DNA of 58,162 bases, the filler included, from Nemertoderma westbladi (taxonomy: Eukaryota > Animalia > Xenacoelomorpha): NCBI GenBank assembly GCA_032718475.1. It is 2 parts of 2 records of this genome, joined end to end, with 100 filler letters (N's around TTAATTAATTAA, not from the genome) between each part and the next. Parts side by side here need not be neighbours in the genome. Positions count along the whole stretch, not along the records: positions 28,711 to 58,162 come from JAUCBJ010006130.1; 1 more part is not named here. The stretch is one strand, 5' to 3'. Numbering within the stretch: the first letter of the stretch is position 1; each line of letters begins with the position of its first letter. Below, one piece after another: positions 49,501-58,162 of this stretch. A program made the position numbers and the translations under genes. The notes beneath the pieces are model-generated. The model had not been told where the DNA came from. It did no database searches and saw only the letters and a list, made by a program, of their open reading frames with translations.

Positions 49501-52128
49501 TACAATGCGCCAATAAAAGATAAGTTATTTTCGGTAAAATAAACTTATCATTCGAGGTTAAGACCCCTAGATCCCTTCCTATAATAAACGAAACATTGGG
49601 CAAAGTACCGTCTGTACAAGACTGTTATTATTTTAATGTTGTAATGAGTTACGAGCATAAGCATGGTAGTCTAATAAGTAATAACGTAATGAGAACCCAA
49701 TAGTTGTCAATGTTGAGCAGACAGCTATCTCAATTACACTGCTACTTACTTACCTCCACACTGAAGCTCCAAAAGGATGTGGCAACGATATTCTGGGATG
49801 GGCTAGCCAGTATGATAATAGTATATAGTATAATACTGTAGGGCCTATGTTAAAAAAGTTTGTTAGAAATGTATCTACTCATACAATTCTAAACGAAATA
49901 AAGCGAAATTTTGCATAAAGCATGTCCAATAGAAGCTCCCTATGGGGTGTCGACAGAATTTTGATTGAGTGAATTCTACAATTATGATCGTTCATTCTAG
50001 AATTAATTTCACTGTTGCAAGGCAACCAACAGGTCCCTCGCAACCAAAACCTTACATACACAACTAGGTCCGTAATGAACCTATCATCAAAGTTTCATCC
50101 AATTTCATCAACATTAAGTGCAAGAAGTTGTGTGTACAACCAAACACACAAACAACCAAAATGACAAATTTTATGTTAATACCTCTGCCTTTCATCAATC
50201 CTGTGTGCGCCTTTGGGTTGGGGTGGTGCAGATTAAAAGGGAGACTAAGAGGGGGGGGGGGGGGGGGGGGGCTTTTAGCTCTCTTTGATTTACTGGTGTT
50301 TGATTAAATTTATTAGATACCGAGTTTGTGATACAGTAGAATCGCTCAATATTAATATGTATCTCATAACTGAGCCTCGTGCTGTGCGAAGGCCCCACGA
50401 ACGTGTACAATATACGTTAATCTGTCAACCTAAACAACCCGCTGCATTATTTTTAATTAAAGACATACTTACATTATATTATACTGTCGGTTTTTAATAA
50501 TGTTTAGTATTTTGTGAGAAAAGGGACCTTAACAGTTTATTCGTAAATTGAGTTTAATTGGGTTGATTTCTGATAGATTATTTTTTTGGCAGTATCTTGA
50601 AACTAAAAGCATTCGACTTGGTCAACTATTCGCAAAGTTAACTTGTGCAAATGGTACCTGGTTAATAGCCAATTTTCAGAAACTGAGAAAACTCACTTTA
50701 AAGTTGTCAATCTTGTTGATCTTCTTTATCTGTAGGTACACTATGTATGTATGTATGTTTGTATGTCTGTTAAAAAAATAAGAAATGGCCACCAATTAAC
50801 TAAAATTTCCGCCTTTGTGTTATTTCTGATCACTGATTTCAATTCCGATGCCAGTGTTCACGTTTGATGTAATATAGTCCGTCTGCATTCCTCTCTGTCG
50901 GTTTGTCTGTCAAAGGACAAACAGACAGCCTGTTGTTGGTCTGGTATGAAAACTGCCATCAAAATTAACCTAGGAAAATTATATTAAACTAGGAAAACCC
51001 CATATCAGAAATTTTAGCTAGATGGTGGTTCCTTATTTTTGACAGACAGATTGATGTACAGACAATCGGAAAACTAGAAGATGAAGTAAAATTTTGTCAG
51101 CATATTTGAAATCTCCATTAAATTTTAACTAAGAATATTGAAAAAAAATTTCAAAAAAATGTTAAATAATTTTCAATTGCAATTATCTCAGTTTTAATTT
51201 TAGGACTAAGGTCCATTTTCCCATGGAACGCCACATATTTACATAATTAATAAAATGTTAACATATCACCTGTTTATACTTGTAGAGCTAGACACCCGGT
51301 TGCCGCTAGCAACATATTGGGCAACGTAACGTCCCACTTGTCCAACTACAACTTCCAACTGAAGGATGTGTCTATACTGCCCGGGGACCAGGAAGCTGTT
51401 TACGGTTGGATAACAGCGAACTTTATCACCGATCGGATAGAGACAGACACCTACAGACTTTCAGCACATCTACAGCAGCTACCATCGTGGCTTCAAGGTC
51501 AGGTTATTTTTATTTCTAAATTACAGTAGTTATTCTTGTTAACTCTGTATATACAGTAACTGGTTGAATATTGGAAATTTGCATAATTGAAAATCGATGT
51601 TCGAATTCGATTAAATGAAACAAAATGCTGAAACGCTTAAGGGATGGAGGCAGGGGGGGGGGGGGGGTCGAATTTCGTGAAAAAAATCATTTTTTTTTAT
51701 TATTTCATTAAGACCGAAATTTTATGGAGATTTCAAATATTTACGCGGCTTCGCAATATCGCTTTTAGTTTTCTAGATGTTGGGTTTTTTTTCACTACTT
51801 GCACGTTTCGTACCATATTCTGTCTAATTACGCCAATTTTAATACTTGTGGGGTTTTTGAGGTCGATGAATCCGATGGTAACACTTTTAGAAAAATCTGA
51901 ACCAAGTCATGCCTGTTATTTTTTACTGTTTTTTTGTAGTACTTGCACTTTTTCGTTCTATATCAAAATTTCAAAATGATGGACAAACAGACATACATAC
52001 AGACACGAAGCCTATAGATTCTGCCAAACACAAAAATAACATCAGAAATGAAATCTCCGCCCAGAAAACCCCAAAACAGATATTTTAGTTAGGCAATGTG
52101 ATTTATTATAATTTGACGGACAACTAGC

Positions 52129-52168
<40 letters not shown>

Positions 52169-55100
52169 TGATAGACAGACAGCCTAGATTCCACCAAACT
52201 TAATAATGGCCTACTTAAATACGGCCTGCCGAATGGCAGCAAGGCCAAAAAATTAGTGGGTCGATTTTTCAAAGTTGTCGTGGTGGTTTATATATTTGGG
52301 TAAAGGCAATCAAGTTGTTGTATATTATCTGAAATTTTATGGAGAATTCAAATATGCTATTGGTTTTGTCATACCTTTTTTAGTTTTCGATATATTTCAC
52401 GAAAACGAATGGGTACCCCAAAAGTGGGTTCATCGTGAAAGGTTCAATAAACCACAATCTTTAAAACGCACTCAGTCACCCATCACTTGCGACCTATAAA
52501 GGTTCTCAAGGATGGCGAACGTGATGGAAATATTTTCCTGACGAATGGTTTATCCGGTATGCTACTTTTCACTGGGTGCCCCCAAAATTTTTTTTTTTTC
52601 GGATACATATAATACTCATTTATTTGCCATGATTTAGAAAAAAAACCCTGAAAAAAGTAAAATATCCTGCTAGATTATTTGCCGTGGCAAAAAGTACTAC
52701 TTTTCATTACTATCCCACAACTGTCAGATTTATTAGACTACTCGTAGTGGAAAGTAAAATAAACTGTTTACTTGCCGTGAAAAAATTTATACTTTTTATT
52801 ACTCTCCCATAACGCGCAGATTTATAAGACTACTCGTACTGCAAAGTAAAAATGCCGCGAAGTAAATTGATTTTTCAATAGTTATTTATTGATTTCAAAC
52901 GAATAGTATCGTCACTATCGTCTAACCTCTACGTCGCCATCGTGTTCTATAATTTAAAATAATGGTAATTATTCGCAGACGATTCGCCCAGCTTCCCTAC
53001 AGCGGGGGCCCTGGACCTGGGAGGGGCGTCTACCCAGGTAACCTTCGAGCCAACAGCCGCCGCGAACACCAGCCTGCTGGTCCTGTACAACCGCGACTAC
53101 CACGTTTACTCCCACAGTTACCTATGCTACGGGCTGGACGAAGCTCAACGCCGATTGGCTGCTCAGTTGGCCCTGCCCGCCGTCGTTGACAATGTCTCGG
53201 AGATTGCGAACCCGTGTTTGCGGTCAGGCCACTCGGTGGTTCTCAATGGTTCCTATCTGTTCGAGGCTCCGTGCTCGAAAACGTTGCCCAACACCTCGGT
53301 GGAGTTGTTGTCGCAGCAGTTCCAGTTCGTGGGGAGCGGGAATGGGAGTGAGTGTGCTGAGGAGGTCGCTCAGCTCTTCAATACAAGGTTGGTGGTTGTC
53401 TACTGCCCCGCTAGTACGGGTTATATAGGTGTGTGTCATGTGAGGTGAGTTCTGTATTCTAACTACTTCAGCAATTAATATCGACCGAATACCGACTGGG
53501 AAATTTTGATAAATTGGATGGAAAATTTGGCAAAATTGTTAGAATTTAAAATATGGTCTTTTTGATGTGGAAATAAATATGTTAAGTTTTGATGGGAAAA
53601 TATATATGTTACATTTTGGCGGGACTGCAATGTACTACGGAACGGAACTACTTTATTTTGGGTATCGTAACTTACTTATGTAATATAAATTATATGTTTA
53701 CTGTGCAGTACCAACTAGGGATGCACAGGATATATTGTCCGTCTCCGGTATCCGACCGGATATTCGGCTGTATTTGGCCGGATAATCGAACAATACTATA
53801 TTTTAAGCATAATGTAATGCGTTAGTTACCATTACACCCACCACGATTACACTTATAGCGCTGTACCGGGTTACAAAGACCTATAAGGAAATCCGTAGCT
53901 GTTATTGGCTAATGTTGTTTGTATGCATTATTAAGAGTTTGTGAGGGCAGGTCAGACCATTGTTTATAAGGGTTCTAGAACACTTCCCTCCAAGACAATT
54001 CCCCCGGACAGTTCCTCCCCGTCAATGTGGGACACTTCCCACCAGTTTAAGTGTTAAAATTAATCTGGCATCAAAGCAATAAACAAAAGTTAAAGACTTA
54101 AAGTTAAACTAAGTTAAACTAACTAAGTTAAACTTAAAGTTACAGGACAAGTTGTATCTAGTCAAGTTTTTTCAAAATTACAAAAGAAACATTTTTATAG
54201 TCATATTTTGTTTGTTTTTATTTTTATTGGGGGCTGCCACTCCCCAAATCCCGGCATTTCCCTGTGTGCCATAATTTTTCTCTCATGTTCACCCGCGGTG
54301 AGCTTGGCTCACCTAGGTTCACCGCTGGTGAGCTTATACCACTTTAATTGAAACCATTTTTTATATTAAAGTGACCACATTCAGCCACCGTACGTACATC
54401 TAATGTTAATCTAATATAATATACGCTATTTCATAAGGTACAATTACATAATTATTCTCATAAGGTGAAGAGGACGAAATTAGCTATTACCTGTTTTATA
54501 TATTTGTTTTATATATTTGCTTTATATATAATAATATTTTATATAATTTATAGGTTAAATTGCGATAAAGTTAATTAAATAAATAAATAAATTAATTTTA
54601 TGTTTTTTATTTTAATTAATTAATTAAATTAATCCAACTTTGTTCCCATTTAAGTAACTGTCCCAAGAAATGCTGCTGTTAAACATGGATTTTACATGTT
54701 TCGTTATTAAACGAATATTAATACATAATGACCCGTAAAATAATGTCTTTCATGACCAAGATGCTATGGATAGATGTTGTAAATCTTAGTAGTGATGGAA
54801 ACAAGTCAGTGGGAAGTATGTTGTGAGTATATTTGTAACATAAAGATCCCACTTCCTTTATAAAAATTGACTGTATTGTTAGTGGGTTAAAGTTGATGTT
54901 GCCCCTAGATATGACAATTTGTTTGGCCCTTTGAGTTCCTATAGTCGCTGCCGGTTTGTCTCTATTATGATGCCTACGTTTTCTTTTGTAATGGTCGGTT
55001 TGATGCAGTATTGTTGGTTGGTAAGGGTACTGAATATGAGCTTCCACCTTGATAGGCCCAGATAGCATTACAGTAATGAAGGTATGGGTTTATTATAGTT

Positions 55101-58100
55101 TGGTAGAGTGTAGTCAGAACGTGTGGTGTTGCGAAATTTTTTACCTTGTTCAGGATACCTATGTTTCTGCTTAGTTTAATGCGGATGTTTTGATAGTGCG
55201 ATTTCCATGTTAATCTTTCATCATTGAGGACACCTAGAAATTTGATAACTTTGTGTTGTTCAATTTGTGTACCATTGATGTTAATGGCATTTTTACCAGT
55301 TTTAAGTAGGTTTCTTGTTTATTATTTGTCCTGAATATTATATAGTTACATTTTTTAGTATTTAGTGATAGTCTGTTTATTTTGAACCAAACTGAAAGTT
55401 TTTCCAGTTGGATATTTACTTCTGTTATCATTTGCTGCAAATCATTGTCGCTAGTTAATATATTTGTATCATCGGCAAATAATATAAATTTTAATTTTTC
55501 GGAGACATTGACAATATCGTTACAGTACACAATGAAAAGGAGGGGACTTAGTAGTGATCCCTGCGGTAATCCTATATTAAGTTTTCGCTTCGTTGATTGA
55601 TCGGATCCTATTGCAACAAATTGTTCTCTATCAGTAAGATAGTCTGTAATTCAGCAATCGAGGGAAAGGAGCAGGTTCAGTTCAGAGGTTACAGAGACAG
55701 GCTTTTCTAACCAAAACAATAAACGATCACTTAACCAATTGAGGGAAACCATATGGTCAGACAGTTAGCAGTCACATGGTCAGACACTCAGTTGTCACTC
55801 TATACAGCTATATAACAATAACAAAAAAAATCAGGCATTCAAGCAATAGGTACCGGTACGCCAGGCTGCAAATGGAGTGCAAAAATCGCAACGGTTGGCG
55901 TTGTGCGCGGTAAAAGTGCGCGGAATTGAAATAAAAGTGCGCGGAATTGTGTGAAAAACACCAAAAGTGCGCGGTAATCTGTGCAAAATATTAAAAGTCC
56001 AAGTGCGCGGACTGGCGGATGAGGTGTAAAAAAAGTTATAAAGTGTGTGCAAAACTGCAATTTAATGAGAAAAATTATAAAAAATTTCACTCGCTTCGCT
56101 CGCGTTTCTTTTCCATATTTTGCATTGTTAAAATAAAAAAATTTCGCTCGCTTCGCTCGCGTTTTTTTTATTTTAGACCTACTTACAGGTGACAGAGTGA
56201 CAGACTGACCTAGATGCTACATATCAAAACTTTAAATTTCACATGCTTCGCTCGCGTTTCGTTTTAATTTTACATTGTTAAAATGAAAAATTTCGCTCAC
56301 GTTTTTTTTTCATTTTGCATTGCTTAAATTTATTTTTTTTTATTTCTTTACGTTAATACAGTAATAACTGAATAAACAATACTTTTTTTGATTTATTTAT
56401 TTATTCGTATGTTCAGATGTTTGTGTGAATTGAATTGTTTTTCAGCTGGGTGTGCGCGTTTTTTCAGTCCATGCCAGGTATATTGTCAGATATTGCGCGA
56501 CTGAAAACTTGTGCGCGGGCGTTGTGCGCGGGCGTTGTGCGCGGTTCAGTGGTGGTTTGCAGCCTGGCCGGTACGCAGCTGTAGAATGACAATTGAACTG
56601 TAGAAACGGTTGAAAAGGTCGGTCCCCAAAGTAATATGACCCGGTGGTTACTCGGCCTACTACTACTACTGTACTATGTCAGCCAGACAGGCGTAAACCT
56701 TTAAACAGTAGTAGTTATAGTAAGACGGATTATCCGTTATCCGCCTCTTATTCTATAAGTAAAATGTATCCTTGAGTTAATAATCCTTTGACTTGAGTTT
56801 ATTGTTTTGATGAAACTAAAGGAACCTAAAAATCACAGGTAACTGAAAGGTTTTCTCTTTCAGACTTTTCGCCCTCTAGCGCCAGACTTGAGGACTGCGG
56901 AGCGGACCGATCACCTTCTTCATAAAGACGTAGCATGTGTGGTCTGGTAGACTTACTGTATATTCCAAGATACACTAAACAGATTAAGATCAATGAAATG
57001 GGAAAGCTTATCACTTTCATACATTTCGCCCTCTAACAGCCGACTGGAGAACTGCAGACCGATTACTGATCCCACAAATACACAGTGTCTGTTCCAGACA
57101 AGTTTCAGCTTGAATGAATCATAAATATCGGCATGAATGGGTCACAGATTTCACTTTTAAACATAGATACTAGACACTTTCGCCATCTAACGACAGACTA
57201 GAGAACTGCAGACGGATTGGCCTCCTTTGAAGGAACAGAATGATGTAGTACCAATCAGCTTGAACGGATTAAAAAAGCAAAGAAATGGGAGGACATATAA
57301 TGTTTTAACATGTTGCCCTCTAGCGGGTGACTGTTGAATTGATGGTGTCTAAAGTTGTCTACAAGTTTCTAAAATATGTCAACTTTTGGTCTTATTGATG
57401 GCTACAATTTTTCAACTCGATATCTTTAAAAGTGAAAATTTAACTGTAATCTGTGAGACTTTTAACTTTCGTTCATTGTTCTGGATTTAATTAACACGGC
57501 ACGGTAACAACCTGTGTATTTGATTTTTGTTTATTGTTTTGGTTAGGACAACGCGCCACTGCAGAATGCTCCTACGGTAGAAATTGTATAAGATGATAGC
57601 ACCGCCTACAATAGAAAGGTGACGGCCCCACTCTAGTTAGTTTATCATTACTGCGACAGACGTCTGCTCTATCCATTGCTATTATATGCACGTGCTTCCT
57701 GGAATTTAATTATCTTATTGGTTTTTGTCTGCTATTCGTTACATTACCATGTCAGACGAGGCGAGTGGCTTGGTGTGCGGCATGTTATATAATTATTAGT
57801 TAAAATGACCCTATTTCACGACCTTATTCTATTTATTATGACCTTAGCGTTATCGTGAGTTAAATGTAGGGGATATTATCAGGAATTTGTTTGTTAAGGT
57901 AAAATGACGTGAATTGGTCTGGGGGTTGCGTTAAACCGATTGTTTTTTATGCTGTAAGATATGGGTGGGTGATTGTGCGTGCCGAGGTATTAATTCGCTG
58001 AAATGGAATTTGTGACAAGTTTTACCCCCCTGTCTCCCTAATATTAAGTATAAGTACCAAAATACTTAATACTGTCACTGTCAGTAATATCGATAACTTT

Positions 58101-58162
58101 CGCATCTATACTGTATTTTTGTATGTTTCAGCGCTCCCTGCCCGAATGGCCCTTGTTCCTGG
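43298..58162 (+). CDS. ENTPD: CD39/ENTPD1/2/3/8-family ectonucleoside triphosphate diphosphohydrolase, 5' part (continues past the window end), with a predicted N-terminal ubiquitin-like domain
   Basis: Exons 43298-43538, 44527-44669, 45027-45298, 51286-51497, 52979-53387 and 58132->58162 have compatible phases (1, 0, 2, 1, 2). TM1 and apyrase conserved regions ACR1-4 are present. Confidence 0.9.
44527..44669 (+). CDS. ENTPD: ENTPD TM1 exon
   Basis: Boundaries ccttgcag| and |gtaagt; DGSDADVETVEVNFGVCCWIGLILVIVGVAGITTTVFLNKYTTSIVTS. There is no in-frame Met, so an upstream phase-1 coding exon is needed. Confidence 0.85.
45027..45298 (+). CDS. ENTPD: ENTPD exon with ACR1 and ACR2
   Basis: YGIVVDAGSSHT ... 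LYLGATAGMRLLR; boundaries tttcag| and |gtaagt. Confidence 0.95.
45596..45985. repeat. GC-rich minisatellite built from 8-bp subunits
   Basis: Mix of CCGCCAAC, CCAGCAGT, CCACCAG(G/T) and CCGACAAT forming 16- and 24-bp units. Confidence 0.95.
47455..48025. repeat. ~165-bp diverged unit in inverted and direct copies (probably inside a DNA element)
   Basis: 47455-47630 is the approximate reverse complement of 47652-47810, which recurs at 47822-47985. Confidence 0.7.
48790..49393 (+). repeat. Perfect 75-bp tandem repeat, 8 copies, in an ENTPD intron
   Basis: Unit AAATAGCTAATTTCGTACCGGTAGAGGCATGGCAGTATCAATACTATCAGCATAAGGTGAGTTTATATTTCTTAC starts at 48790, 48865 ... 49315. Confidence 0.97.
51286..51497 (+). 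CDS. ENTPD: ENTPD exon with ACR3
   Basis: ILPGDQEAVYGWITANF; boundaries ttgtag| and |gtcagg. Confidence 0.9.
52108..52182. repeat. (GACA)n microsatellite
   Basis: Run of agac/gaca tetramers. Confidence 0.85.
52979..53387 (+). CDS. ENTPD: ENTPD exon with ACR4
   Basis: GALDLGGASTQVTF, YSHSYLCYG, NPC, GSGNGSEC..LFN; boundaries ttcgcag| and |gttggt. An alternative in-frame donor lies at 53445. Confidence 0.92.
54600..55650 (-). mobile_element. CR1/L2-group LINE RT fragment
   Basis: GLPQGSLLSPLLFIVYCND..FILFADDTNI..WFKINRLSLNTKK, with frameshifts. Confidence 0.85.
55861..56567. mobile_element. hAT-like MITE
   Basis: 8-bp TSD CCGGTACG (55853-55860 and 56568-56575); perfect 12-bp TIR CCAGGCTGCAAA/TTTGCAGCCTGG; internal GTGCGCGG and TTCGCTCGC repeats. 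Confidence 0.88.
56860..57340. repeat. Diverged ~155-bp tandem repeat with a (C/T)GCC(C/A)TCTA core
   Basis: Cores at 56870, 57027, 57181 and 57314, followed by similar gact..agaactgc segments. A related copy lies at ~35801. Confidence 0.65.
58132..58162 (+). CDS. ENTPD: ENTPD next exon (truncated by the window)
   Basis: Phase-2 acceptor gtttcag| followed by (S)APCPNGPCSW, matching the CxxxxCSF segment of CD39-family enzymes. Confidence 0.8.

Overview
AT-rich, transposon-dense animal (probably invertebrate) genomic DNA with spliceosomal genes. It consists of two segments joined at 28611-28710 by an artificial N-gap that contains a six-frame stop linker. Left segment (+ strand): an internal part of a mosaic extracellular-protein gene that the ORF track misses entirely. 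Its phase-1 exons read CysD(Mucin2_WxxW)-EGFx9-CysD-EGF-EGF-like. Nine nearly identical 114-bp EGF exons sit in a ~985-bp exon+intron tandem array with a 4-unit higher-order structure, nested in a larger duplication of the CysD-EGF module. Right segment: an intronless ALK1/2 (ACVR1/saxophone-type) BMP type I receptor ORF with no visible signal peptide and unusual GS-box residues. It also holds the 5' part of a CD39/ENTPD-family NTPDase gene. That gene appears to begin with a ubiquitin-like domain exon joined through a non-canonical GA-AG intron. The remainder is LINE fragments (RTE, L2/CR1, an RTE-group element with an internal RT deletion), DNA-transposon remnants and MITEs (Academ-like, piggyBac-like, hAT-like, MULE-like) and minisatellites. 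All calls come from reading the sequence by eye; no searches were run.
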